A stretch of 64,000 bases of DNA from Botryllus schlosseri. Lineage: Eukaryota. Positions within the stretch are counted from its first letter, which is position 1, and each line of letters opens with the position of its first letter. A model generated the notes under the pieces. That model was not told the origin of the DNA and made no database searches. It saw only the letters and a list, made by a program, of their open reading frames with translations. The position numbers and the translations under genes were made by a program. The stretch covers positions 7,564,001-7,628,000 of the forward strand of contig CM119382.1 of the NCBI GenBank assembly GCA_051294905.1, written 5' to 3'. This document shows, in pieces, positions 13,655 through 59,572 of this stretch.

Positions 13655-13790
13655 AAAAGAGTAATGAAAAGATTCATATTGAACTGAACCTGAATATTTC
13701 CGACTGAACCTCGTCAGGTATAATCGTCAGCAACTAGTAGAGAATTGAAAAGAACATTGTATATTAAATATCGTACCACAATGTCATCTG
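13655..13790 (-). mobile_element. PLE 3'-end copy with degenerate hammerhead
   Basis: Reverse complement: ttcaattctctactagttgctgacgattatacctgacgaggttcagtcggaaatattcaggttc. Confidence 0.85.
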
Positions 13791-13825
13791 TTCGTCTTAA
13801 TTAAAATAATTTTCATTCCGCTGAT

Positions 13826-13920
13826 GTGATATTTTGTGATACGAATGTTGATACACCATATTATTTTCAATTCTCTACTAGTTGCTGGCGATTACCGTTG
13901 ACGATTGTTAACGTGTTGAG
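13826..13920 (+). mobile_element. PLE 3'-end copy truncated at a hAT insertion
   Basis: ttttgtgatacg..ttctctactagttgctggcgattaccgttgacga matches 60280-60351. Confidence 0.8.
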
Positions 13921-14901
13921 CAGTGTTGGGATCAAGTCACTACCTTCGAGTCACGAGTCATCTCGAGTCATTGCACATTTTGACTCGAGTCAAGTCAAGT
14001 CAATCGATTTTCAAAGGTGACTCGAGTCAAGTCAAGTCACTCGTTTTTTGTAAGTGACTTGAGTCAAGTCACGAGTCAAGTCATGATTCAAGTCAAATTG
14101 AATTTTCGAAGTATGAGTGATGAATCAAAATCATTACATTTTGCTAACTGGGTGAAGGACAGATTAATTGGACATTTATCTTGAATCAAATAACAAATAT
14201 AAAGTTAAATGTACATGCAAAAAGGTGTTGTATCGCACACGCATACGCAGAACTGCTAATAAAATAATGAGTGTACAGCTACATGCTACGGTCTGTTATA
14301 CAACCAGTCAATATAGAGGATCGAATACGAAGCATCGAGAAGTTGAACAAATTGATGTGGTACAATACAACCACCCATCTACACGTCAGTGAGAATATAA
14401 ACGAATAAACTATATTTGTTCGATTTAAATCATATTGGTAAAGGTGAGTATACTGCGCAATGTAAGCAGCAAGCCCTGAGCCGTCTTAGAAACAAAGATA
14501 CGTTGCTATTAGATTAATCCACTGCTACTAAGACAACGTAAGCTGTGGTCGTTTCGTTTGCGTTCAATTTATTTATGATGTAACAATGCAGGATCAGTGA
14601 AACGTACAATCAGTGAATACTGGTTGCTCTCACAAGTGACACATGCGTATCGCGATCTGCGAACGACCTGAACAGTGAATATACATAAGACAGCGTGATT
14701 TAATCGACTCTTTTTACTTAATGACTTGAAATTGACTCGTAAATTTTGCTCCGAGTCACGAGTCAATCCGCATTTCTGAAGCGCCGAGTCAAGTCAAGTC
14801 AAGTCATTTTCGCAAAGTGACTCGAGTCAAGTCAAGTCATACGAAAAAGGTGACTCGAGTCTGACTCGAGTCAAGTCATGACTCGAGTCATCCCAACACT
14901 G
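13921..14901. mobile_element. Non-autonomous hAT element with GAGTCA/AGTCA subterminal arrays
   Basis: TIR CAGTGTTGGGAT..ATCCCAACACTG; 8-bp TSD GTGTTGAG / GTGTTGAC. Confidence 0.9.
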
Positions 14902-16204
14902 GTGTTGACTAGGAGAACCAAATCCAGTTCTGTGCGGTTCTTGACCTTTGATGACTTGGGAACCCCTACGTCACAGATGGAGAACTATTTTTTCTGAAAA
15001 TGACAGGCAGGAAATACGTTGGCGAGCTAAGTCAAAAGTTTTTTCCATATTCGGCGGTGTATTAATTTTTAATTATTTATAAATTGAAATAATGAATTAC
15101 CTGGTTAACACAAGCTTCTTGGTGGATGTGTTACTATATTAGGCAATTAAGAATTTAGAGTTAAAGTACAAAAATAATATTTATCCTACGTAATTATTCA
15201 AAACAATGGTAAAAAAGAAACATTGTTAACTCTTTTTAATCACACCAACCCCTAGGCACGTCCTTCTATTAAGACACCAAAATTTATGGGATGTTACAAC
15301 TTGGTCCACATATCCCGGGCGGAATTCGTCTTCTCGCAGTCTCAGTCGTGCGCTTATGTCATAATCCCGACTTAATTTAATGCATGTTATATCGAATTTA
15401 TTTTTAATATATATTACGTCAGGGAGCGGCTATCCCTTGCACGCGTCCTAAAAACGCTAAATGATTTAATGTGCATTATTATAAAACCATGTTTCTTGCA
15501 AAAAGTGAAACAAAAGTTTTCAAAATGGAAAAAGCTCGAAGATGAATTCAAATTATTTCGTAAATCAACATGAAGCAGGGTCTTTTGGTACAGATTTTAC
15601 TTTTTCTTCAGACTTTTCTCCGCAATTCCCGCGTATAGTCCGTAGTTGGCCCGCGGGCCGTAAAATGTGCAGGTCCGCCGTACGGTAATCTGCAAGCCTT
15701 CGGTGAATCCCTAATTTTAAGTGAATCACAAAGCAAAAGTCTACCACATGTGCGCATATCATATATGTGTTGTAATCTGTAGCACTACCAGTAAAGCTAG
15801 TCAGGCAGACTTGTGCAAACCACCCATTTAGTTAGTTGATGGTCAACTAACGGTTTTTGAGTAGTTCTAGTTGCTGATTTTGAAAATTGAGTAGTTGTAG
15901 TTCTAGGTAACGATTTTGAAAATAGGGTAGTTCTAGTACTAGCTCTAGTTACGCTCATTGGAAATTCAGAAGTTTGTACAAGTATGGGTGGCTTTTGCTA
16001 CAATAGGCTACATTTCATTGGTTCCCAAACTTTCTCGTCTGATCGCCCCTTATCAATCTCGACACAAATTTTCATCCCCTCGCATATTTACGGATCCGTA
16101 GAAGAGAACAAATAAACGGGAAATTTATTCACACAACTCTGGTGAATTTACCAAAAAAGGCCATATAAATCCGGTGTCCAATAGTCTATATTATACGCTG
16201 AGTC

Positions 16205-16650
16205 ATATGCAGAATAAGCCGCCTTCACGCGTATGTTTGGCCGTGTCAATTAAATACATCTCACTGGACTTTCTTACATTTTCGCCCCCCTCCCAGTCGC
16301 CCCCTTGTTTCACAAAATCGCCTGCTGGGAGGGAGGGGGTGATATCGTTAACGTTGGAAGGCACTGGCCTATACGGAGAATTTACGTGAGGTAGGCTATT
16401 TTTTGTTCTCAAGACCCGCTACCACTGCTTGCTATGATATCTACTGGGAAAACAGAGACAAGTCTTTCCGTGTCTCGGACGCAGCCTTCACGTGCATATT
16501 TGGTCGTGTAAATTAAATATATCTCACTGGACGGTCTAACATGTTCTCCCCTATACCCCCCTTTGGTATCTCCCTTTTTTCTCAAATTCACCCACTGGAT
16601 GGGAGGAGGGGGGATAACGCCCACGTTGGAAGTCACTGGGCTACATGTTT
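16205..16650. repeat. Local direct duplication of a ~170-bp unit (~16205-16375 and ~16480-16650)
   Basis: gccttcacg.g.at.tttgg.cgtgt.aattaaata.atctcactggac..C-rich..G-rich..acgttggaag.cactgg. Confidence 0.8.
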
Positions 16651-17746
16651 TGGGCATTGTGATATCACGAATCGATTTCTCAAGTCCCAACCCAATGGCC
16701 GGAAAATATGTATCTTTTTCTCGCTAATAAATTAGATCTTATGGTGAAGGGCTATATTTTCATTGCTCGAGCAATTCGACTCTCACTACTCGAATAATGT
16801 CATTACATTACTGTTGATGCTCGAATCGGACTCGAGTACTCGGATCGCTGTGCCCAGCCCTAGTCCCAAGCCATTGAAATTCTCTCAACTCTAGGACTTT
16901 GGACAGAAACATGTACCACAATGCAGCTTGTTAGGTTGTAATTAATGGGGATTGAAGCCACAGTCGATGTCGTTTGCCCTAGTCATTCAAACCACAGTCG
17001 TTACGCGATGGACATAAAATGAATGATAATATATAGGCCTATTATTTGCAATTTCAGACCGTTAACCGTATCGTTTGAAGTGTCCGAATAACTCCAAACT
17101 GTCGCATGAGACAAATGCCGTGTGACATTTGAATATTAGCCCTACCACAGGGAACTGAGGCGGTATAACGCTAACATAAACAATTCCTGCAGCGATAATT
17201 TGATTTCGACTCACCCTCAGCGAATATATGTAATCGACGAATAGAACAATGTCACGGCGCCGAGAATTGCCAGAGAAGGTCTTCGATCACCAGGTGTCTT
17301 TGAAGTCGGTCGTTACAACGGCGACAAGCTAGTATTGTTTAGTACCGCCGCGGAGATCAGCACAAAATGCATTTGTAATTTTCAAATCAGTTAGATGTCA
17401 TTGTCGAGTCCCTTAAGCGCGACCGGAAATTTGACAAAACCAGAAAGCTTACCCACCAATTGAAGCTATCCAATTGCGGTTAGATCGTTATAATAATCAT
17501 AATTATAACTGCGGCGGTTCTAATATTTCTATCCCCTCATATCACACAATGTACAGCGGGATGCACAAGTCACAATGCAATGTACGGAATAGACAAGATG
17601 TTATCGAAAATTCCAAGTATGGTCTCTCAATTTAGCATCCACCTCGACCCAGTGCCCGATATAACAGTGGATACGTGGATTTATAAACATGCGATATCAT
17701 ATGTGATGCTTGAGCATGCGGGTAAAATTTAGATTTTGGATTGGGT

Positions 17747-17807
17747 TAGGTTTATAGGTTTGGGGTTAGGATAAAGGCTAGTTCCATGGTTAGGGTTGGG
17801 GTTAGGG
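17747..17807 (+). repeat. Degenerate interstitial TTAGGG-like tract
   Basis: gggttagg, ggggttagg, ggttaggg, ggggttaggg units. Confidence 0.55.
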
Positions 17808-18055
17808 TTTTGTTTATTCGTGGTATATTGATGGTGTTTGTCGACTACAATAGCCATTTATAGCGACAGCCGACTTGTAGCCGGGCCCACTGCTAAACTT
17901 TTTAAGACACCGTTTGCGCGGATGAGATGGCGAGGAGTAGCCTTGATAAACCTCCAACACTTAGGTATGAATTTTGGAGTCGATCTCGGTCGGACTCGAA
18001 CACACCATCCATTGGTGTTGTTGTTGTGGATTATACCACTACGGCGCTTCCCACC
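17808..18055 (-). mobile_element. SINE family A copy with 11-bp TSD
   Basis: Full head/body/tail; TGGGGTTAGGG at 17797-807 and 18056-66. Confidence 0.88.
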
Positions 18056-20262
18056 TGGGGTTAGGGATAGTTTTGGGATTGTGTAGCCACATATCAAAGT
18101 GACGCAAACTGTCGTTTTCCATTGTGTCGCATGCTCGAATGACGAGCAACCGTAACAGTGTTGGAGATCTTGATCTTTTGGGTGTCTCCCTTCTTCTGTC
18201 GCTTTTTTCATCTCTGTCCCACGTAGATTCCAACAGCATTGGCTGTTTGAGCAGTAGCCCATCTAAAATCTATGACGGGTGATAAATATGAAGCCGATAC
18301 GAATAGTACGGGCTCGAACGAATGGTAGACTAGCGAAAATGGCAGAATGACTTTACAATACTAATTAACCCAATGGTCTGGTAGTTGAGATGATCGCGTC
18401 AGCGATACACACGTTTAGGTGCAAATGAGTGTAATGCAGACGTGATCGAGGTATTCATTGGACACCAAAATCTTACATCTCGCTACATCTTACCTTCACT
18501 TCACTGAAGCCGGAAGAACACTAATGCATTGGTTTATGTATCGTGTTCACAAGGGAAAGTACTGTCACCGCCATAAAAATGAGGCCACGGCAAATTGAAA
18601 ACTGCGATACGCCTGGAGAGTATAAACAGCCCGAAGGGTATTGAATATAACTCCAGCGCTGAAGGGATATAGTATATGGTAATTGTACAATTTTTCCGGC
18701 TACTTCATCAACATTTGCTACACAAACGATTCACGGTCGATTCGAAGAAGGGCATTGAAGGGCACTATCGAATTTCGCGCTCTTATGGCTATTTAGAATC
18801 TACGCGGAACGCGGTCGGAATTGCTTCATCATTAACGGCGCAAGGTTGGTGATTCACTTGTCACACTGCACTTCGTTTTTAGGCCATGCGATTCGCATTT
18901 CATAATATGATCAGCACAAGCATAACATTTGAAAGATAATTTCACGGAATGAGGTTAAACTACCATCAAGAGTTTGCGCATTGCGCATAAGTAGTGACAC
19001 ACGAGTACCAAATGGTGTAAATAACATGAAGTGCGTACGATTACCCCGCATTCGAGGTATTGAGAAGTTGCATGGTAGTGCCAGATACCGCTTAGACTTG
19101 CGGTGCAGTTGGCAAGATTCATTATTCGGACATCACTTTGAATTGATATTCAGATACATAGATTCATATGAACGTATATAGCCACGAGGAACTACATGTA
19201 CCACTGAGAAATGTTGTGTTATCTACTTTACGCTAATGACCACCGCAGGATACGGCGAGGTTCCTAAAACTTGTGTTGCCTACGACTTGATTGCGATGGA
19301 TTCGTGCGAGTATAGTAGCGACCGTAAATTATTTTTCTGAGTTATAACGGACCGAAGTAACTCAGTGACCCTTTCCTAGGTTAGTGATATCGAAATACAA
19401 ATGGTTCGTAATCACCGACCCAGTGGCAGTGAACTGCAAATGAATGGTATCCGCATTTAAGTTGGCACTTCCTTGACATGCTTACGTCATAGTCGACCGA
19501 GACCTCTCCTACCATTCCTTAAGACCGTGGGATCTCTCTTGAGGACGGAAGCTGCGCTTGTGATTTAGTTAACGAAACAATACATCATTTTGCATCAGCT
19601 TTTTGTATGCCCCAAGGAATAATGCAATCGATTCCGGCTTGAACGGAACGTTGTGTTTGTCGAAAAAAGTACGGACACACATCGTTCAAGATCCACCCGA
19701 ATGACTTTTTCCCGAGATTATTATTCTGCCACCAACTCCCAGTGGAGTCCTGGCTATATCCGACCGTCGATAGTGCAACGCTTTGGGGATATCGTGATGT
19801 GTCCTGAAACAGATTATGTCGAGTCTCAGCCTTAATGATTTTAAGAAGTGGCCAGGCCTGTTTCTAATGATGACTTATGCAGGTGCGGTATTTGTTGAGA
19901 GAGATGTATCACACAGTGAGAGGTATATCCGAACCTATGCAGGATTGAAGTCTTTTTATGAAACTGCTTCGTTACCAAACCACGCATTATAAAATTCGTC
20001 AGCATAATATCAGAGGTTCTATTATATTCATCCGTTCAAGAAACGCAATGCACACTGCGATAATGAACAGATAGGATGATGTCGTAACGACCAAGTAGGC
20101 CTACAGTCTTTCAATTTAGCTACTACCTCGGTCTAAATGCAAGATTTCATATGCGAAAAAATATCGACAATGAAACCTATTATCCATTTTATTTCAATCA
20201 GTAGACAGATATCGAATGATTACTAAAACTCGTTGTAGCAATACGACGGCAAAATGATGACC

Positions 20263-20548
20263 GTAAGTGGCGAGATAGCGTAGTGGTATAATCAGCGGCT
20301 GCAACACCAATGGGTGCGGGTTCGAGTCCGACGGAGGTCGACTTCCGAATTCCGAGACCTAAATGTTGGAGGTTTACCTAGGCTCCTCCTGGCCACCTCA
20401 ACCGCATCAGCGGTGTCTTACAAAAGCCTAGAGGTGGGTCGTGCTATAAGTCGGCAGTTACGGAAAATAAGAAGAATATCGGCATGATGTAAATGACCAT
20501 AGTAGTCGACAAACACCATGATTACCCCAAAACAAAAACAAAAACAAA
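20263..20548 (+). mobile_element. tRNA-derived SINE family A, full length
   Basis: A box TAGCGTAGTGG 20276-86, B box GGTTCGAGTCC 20319-29, (CAAAAA)n tail, 12-bp TSD AAAATGATGACC (20251-62 / 20549-60). Confidence 0.9.
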
Positions 20549-20785
20549 AAAATGATGACCACTTTGAGATATTCATGGATTTTTGAAATGATGACACAGT
20601 TTATAAGTCGCCCGTTCCACTGTCCGTCTGTCCCGTAGTTTTCGTACATTTTAGAACACCTGGTCATCTCTTGCATAAAGCATCTCGTCTAGCAGTCAGC
20701 AAATTCCGGTGTTCTCCACCTAACAAATTTATGTGACAGAACGTGTTCTATCGCTCCGTCCATTATTTTACAATTCCAAACAATT

Positions 20786-21218
20786 GAGTAGTATATTCAT
20801 ATTGGAATGAACCCGAATATTCTCGGCTGACACTCATCAGGGGTAATCGTCAGCAACTAGTAGAGAATTGGAAAGAACATTGTATATCAACAATCGTATC
20901 ACAAAATATGACGTCATTAGCATGAAATTTCGAATAAGGGATCGTTCAATGTACTCATTATGTTGACACAGCCTTGGCTGGGGCATTTTGATAAAAGTCG
21001 GCTCCAAGACACAGAAATGAAAGTGTGAACGGCCCCCTCTGACGACCCAAAATCTGTCGTCTCGATAATTTTTAGAACAAGCGGAATTATCCAACAGATG
21101 CTTGCTTATGGCCTTAAAATGCTCCCTATCAAGCTTGAGGGGATGAGTCCAGGGTGAGCTTTTCACCGAGCGAGATACGCGAGTTCTAATAAATCTAGGG
21201 ATATGCTGATTTATGCTG
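20786..21218 (-). mobile_element. PLE 3' fragment (decayed GIY-YIG C-terminus + hammerhead at 20811-20854)
   Basis: Reverse complement aligns with 59950-60398: KHLLDN..NYRDDRF..LEPTFI; GCTGACGATTACCCCTGATGAGTGTCAGCCGAGAATATTCGGGT. Confidence 0.88.
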
Positions 21219-22119
21219 ATTTCAAACTAGTGGAAGACCTCGGCACTGTGAAACGTACGATAGTAATCGAAACGACTTGGTCAAGAAGTCTAATTATCAA
21301 TCGCACAACTCGGCCAGCAACAGGAATAAAATACCTAAAATATCACGACTGTGTGGCATGGATTTTGGGAACATACTATCTCTGGTTATTTGACGATTGT
21401 AAATCAGCGCGGTATCATTTTCTTTACAGCCAGTAGGTGGCGATAGTCTATCTTTATCATAGCTATGGTGAGGTCTCATTACGTTGACCCCAAACCAGGA
21501 ATACATTTATTTTCTGAGCGTGAGCAATGAGCATAATTCATGTTGAGTCTCACTATACGAGTCCCTTGCAATAAGATATTGGATTTCGGACACAATTTCC
21601 GCGATAAATCGAGTCACAAACGGCGTAATTTTCGTTCGGCGTCCTACGCAGCCTATTGATCTAAGAATATCTTCCATTCAAGTTATAAAGTAAGTTTGTT
21701 TCGAGTCGACTCCAGTCGAGAAATCGCTGTTACCCTTCGCCCGACTTGCTGTACGGTATGTGAAGTAATGGATTTGTTTCATTTTCATTCCCGGTGGATG
21801 AAGTCACGAATTCCCAAAGGTTCCGGATAGCTTTCGTTTCGCCATTAAATCGTGAAAAAGTCAATACATCTACGATTTACTGCGTTTTTGAAAGTACTGT
21901 AATCTTTCCTGATGGAAAGGAAGCGATATGGTTGTGTAAGCTTAATGTCTCCCTTGAAATTTGGTCATCCAAATCATTAGGACACAGCAGCGGGGTGTAA
22001 CCATTTCCAGGCAGTAACACGATGTATGGTATATTTTACCGATACGATTCATGTTTGCAATATCTTGTTTTCTTGGTATGGGAGACCGTACTATATTTGA
22101 GTTGGAATGTCTTGTGTAC

Positions 22120-22320
22120 TACGTAGCGTACGCGGTTGCTCTTTACGTCGTTACGTCATCTCACGCCAGACGTAAAGCGCACGCATTGCTATTTTCGGTC
22201 TGTTTTCCCCTTCACACAGCTGATTTGTAAAACATTTCTCTCGCTCGCTCGCGGCTAGTCTCCTGTTTATCTCACTTCGTCACTCTCGACATATGTTTCG
22301 CTCATGGCGGAGGCGCTACG
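22120..22320 (+). promoter_or_regulatory. Possible ZSWIM promoter region
   Basis: CpG-rich stretch with clustered ACGT cores (TTACGTCA etc.) and a pyrimidine-rich tract ~400-550 bp upstream of the start codon; position-based inference only. Confidence 0.3.
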
Positions 22321-22695
22321 AGATAGCGGCTTATGAATGGCATGTTGTCGCGCCGTTGGAAATAATAAATATTAATAATGCTGAATGGAAATGAAGAAAA
22401 AACGCGCAGGCGATTACGTGAACCCGGGCGAGTGTTTTAACAATCATTGTGCAAGTAACTTTGCTCAACCCAAGTCTTCGGGAATGGAATGTAAGAATCA
22501 GGATGCTGTGGTCATAGTAAAAAATAGATTGTCTTAAAATAGCCAGCTGGTTCAGAAATGGCAGTTAGCCAGTGCCGAAAAGCACGTGTAACCTAAATGT
22601 GCACTGTGAAATGATTATATTTACTTCCACATGCATAATTCTGAACGATTTTTTGTTTGCAGAATCATATGAAATAGACAACGATTAGTGCAATC

Positions 22696-55871
<33,176 letters not shown>

Positions 55872-58800
55872 GTAAAGAAAAACCGGTCGCTGTCATCGTA
55901 GCTACCCGCGACGCCATTTATCGGTTTCGAAAATAAGCAAATCCATCACTGTCCTTGAGTGATACACTCCGCACTTGCGATGTTACTATATACATAGTAC
56001 ATACTGATCGAATCGAACGATCATAACTTGTGTGATGTACCGCGCCATTTATATCACGGTCGTATGCATCCGCTGTGAACATTGCTCAATCATTCCCGTG
56101 TCGATTCCAATGTCGTTCTAGGTAAAAACATCGCAGGATATTTCGACGGTGGATAATTGTCGCCAATGAATATTTGCTTTCATCCACTCTTTTCGCAATG
56201 TGGTTATAACAAGGAAATGTAACCCAATACGCCACTTTCCGACCGCGTGATGCGCCAATTTATTTTGCTTTATACGCTGGCTGTGCCATCATATATTTAT
56301 ACCCAATGAGTGTCCATACCCGCTTAAGTCATCTCTTTTATACGCTACATGCTGCCAGTATATCGTTACGATTTTCACACTAACATTTTAAGCTATGTGT
56401 TGTAAACGAATCGCTTGTTATGTCCACCGAACTGAATGCACCATTCGTGTAGGTGTAGGCCCAAACCTACACGAGACCATCAAACATAACTGATATGTCA
56501 TCAGTGACTATACACATACAGTATACACGTTGTTTGCATCCACGCTTACGTTAGTAGAAGGCCGGTTATGTATTACTTATTAAGTTTACCGGTATTATCT
56601 GAAGTATACGAGTTTTCATGACCTACCTATACGTTTATGAATTCGAATATCTGATGGCGAGTGCCTTCCCGCATCAGAACACCATATACGCGTGCAACTG
56701 TACATTGTACATATGCTTGTAAAGTCATACTGTGTAATTGAGCAAGGCTTGTGATATGACGTTTTTCTTCAATCTAGTAGACATCACCGTATTAGACCCA
56801 GCGCCTATGCGCACGGCCCTACCCGAGTCCGAGCTATTTCTGCCGCTCGTACTTTCTATCAGTGCAGGCTTTCGTTACATGCGTTGAACCTGGCTTACGT
56901 ATTTCTGATCACAATAATCTTTTGTTCCATGATGTGTGGGCTGGTTCACATCTACATAGTAACCAAAAAGAGCACCGCTACCGGTGAAAATTGTACCCTG
57001 CCACGAATGTCAAAAGCCACAATGTTTACCATGTTAATTTGTTCGTAGGGAGCATGATTCATCGCTTGGTAATCTAGTGCTTTTTACATTCGAATGCTGC
57101 GAACCAAATCACTTCGGAATGGTCCTTGCGGTCGACTACTCTACGGCGGCATTTAGGGGTCGCCATAGCACAAATCTCCATAAAAGGCTCAATGTCTCCA
57201 GACAATTTCAACCAGTACATCGGTCACCACGCCCGGCTTGTTAAAAAATGTCTGAAACGCGATCATGATCAATATGTTCCGTGCGGTAGGTTATACAATG
57301 TAGCCCAACCTTTATCTTCATGTTATCATTGTGTGCATGTTGCTGTATTATATTCTTCATCGTTTATGACCTCGCCACCGGCTCTTCTTCATATTTTCGC
57401 TTTCGCGAGTTTACATTTTCTCGAATTAACGCGTCCCCACACGCATATCTAACCTCGTAGAATGATACCGTGTTTTTTGTCAAGCAAGATTTTTTTCTCT
57501 TCAATAAAAACCATTATCTCTTCACAAGAGACGTCACTCAGACTTGAAAGAGAAAGCTTAGAACAATATAGATTCTATCACAGATTCACAGTATAGGTAC
57601 CCTTTGTAAAAATAGTCATGTAATACTATCATAATTAAACACTGGTGAACGCAATAGGAAGGGCGAGCAAATGGTAAATGACTGTCTGGGGGCAGAGAGA
57701 GATATAGATAGCCTGACAACGGGCACATGAGGCCAAAGTTTGTATTTGGTAAAGCAGGGTTGTAGCAGGTCATTGGTTTTGTCAAGTCCGGTATGCCTTA
57801 TCAAAAAAAACTTCTGATATACTAAACAGATTCATAAAAACACGGGCGTATCAAATGGGGTTCAGCCAGGGATATCTAGAAACTATATATCCCTGGGTTC
57901 AGCGCTATCGGTATGTTGGGCAAAGTAAATAGACCACGCACTGTATACGGAAATCGGGTATTTCAGCGATTTCTACAATCGGATAGGGTGCAAATCGGGT
58001 AAACGTCACCTTCTGGTCTAAAATTAATTTCCAAACCATTCAAACGGGTGTAAACGAGTCAAATACATTGATTCCTACGGATATATATCCCAATGGTGGA
58101 GTAGGTTATGTCCTCGTGTACCGTGTACCCCTCCCCCAAGAGAACACCTAAAAAGCCGAACAATACAACCCTGGGATATATCTCCATATGGAGTGTGTAT
58201 ATCTTTCGTTTTCACCCATTGCAATGGGCGTGAAAGCCAAATCTTGTACCAGAGGGTGCTGGGGGATCGGTTCGCAGACTACGATATGGTGGAAATCTGG
58301 TAAATGCACCATTTTTCGACCGTTATAATTACAGTGCGCGCGTGCCGCATTTACTACTTCGTCCCGAAAGCAGGCAATGAAATTTTCACTAAACAGTGCG
58401 AGCGACACAACAAAGGTTTCGATATCATAGCGCTATCATTATCAAGAACATCGCCAGTATTTATCTGCAGTATTTATCTAAAAATATGTTTGTATATGTC
58501 AAAACCTGCGAACCTCGCCATGGCGAATTTTGAAGGCAGGGATGATATGTTTTAAACAATGATGTGACGAAATGAAAATCCATTCTGATTGAAAACGAAT
58601 GATGTCGTAATGCCGGAGTCGAAGACACGCAGGGAGCATTCGTGCATTTCGCCCGCTGTTCGCTCCACCACTGATAACAATCGACCATCAACATTTTTGA
58701 TTTTTGCGAGTAGCCTGATCGGAGCCTGATTCGTACTTTTTCCGTACGACCGGAACGCGTGGGATTTAGACAGAGCCGGGTTGACATTGGTAGGAGTTTT

Positions 58801-59024
58801 TAAATTTTTGACCGGAGCCGGCTTCCGTTTTGAAGAAACAAGATCAGAGTCAGACTAGGGAAATTGCCGATCTGCCCCGCGCTAACGTCTGCAGTTGGTT
58901 TGAAAAGTCAAACCGGGACAAAATCACAAAAGCAAATCAAAATAACGTCACAATGCATACTGCCGTACACGCCTATTCGTCAGCAATGAGAAATAGAAAA
59001 CAAAACATTCACGAGAAGGAAGGG

Positions 59025-59295
59025 CTACAGCTCAAGAGCGTCACTTTGCTCAGGTGCCGTCTCCGCATCCACGGCTGTACAATCCGTGCCGAATACGCTC
59101 AACTCTTCCTTCCAACGTATGTGGTTCCCGTTCACCTCCTTGGCGGTAGAGCTTTCGGAACTAGAATGTTCTCTTATGACGTGCAAATCCTGATTGGGAG
59201 ACCGAGAAACGGTGCGGTCGCCGTTGGGCGGGGAACCGTTGCTGTTGGTTGACGTGAGAGATTTTGATATGCGATGACGCCTGGTGCTCTTGCGT
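59025..59295 (-). CDS. Candidate terminal coding exon of an unidentified convergent gene
   Basis: ctgcag acceptor, then 89 open codons (RKSTRRHRISKSLTSTNSNGSPPNGD..EQSDALEL*); visibly GC-richer than flanks; no homology recognised. Confidence 0.4.
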
Positions 59296-59572
59296 CTGCA
59301 GATATGTAATACGATATACTTGAAGGGTGTGGTAGTTTACTCTTGCGAGAACATACAATGGATCCTGTTATATTTGAGGTCGTAATTTGAATGGCTCGAG
59401 GGTTCCAATACTAATTTAAAAATGAATTTTAATGATTCGAATCGAGGGGTGAGATAATATTTATCCGCGTACTGAAACTATATGGTCTTGCCTGTAAATA
59501 TATATTATGGGCAAGGATTTCAGTTTAGATACTTTCCTCCATCCGTGGAAGACGTGGAATCTAGATCTGACT

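Noticed and set aside
13921-14901. CRISPR-like array from GAGTCAAGTC repeats
   Set aside because: Short irregular subterminal repeats inside a TIR/TSD-bounded hAT element; no repeat-spacer periodicity; eukaryotic context.
17747-17807. True telomere or chromosome fusion site
   Set aside because: Only a few degenerate units on one strand, with no inverted CCCTAA array.
20263-20335. tRNA gene (also at 7119, 10913, 12314, 18055, 51630)
   Set aside because: A/B boxes are present, but there is no closing acceptor stem or oligo-T terminator. Each head continues into a shared SINE body and tail.
59507-59572. ATG at 59507 as the PLE start codon
   Set aside because: PLE similarity begins only near ELDYI (~59575). 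The upstream codons look like flanking DNA fortuitously in frame with a 5'-truncated copy.
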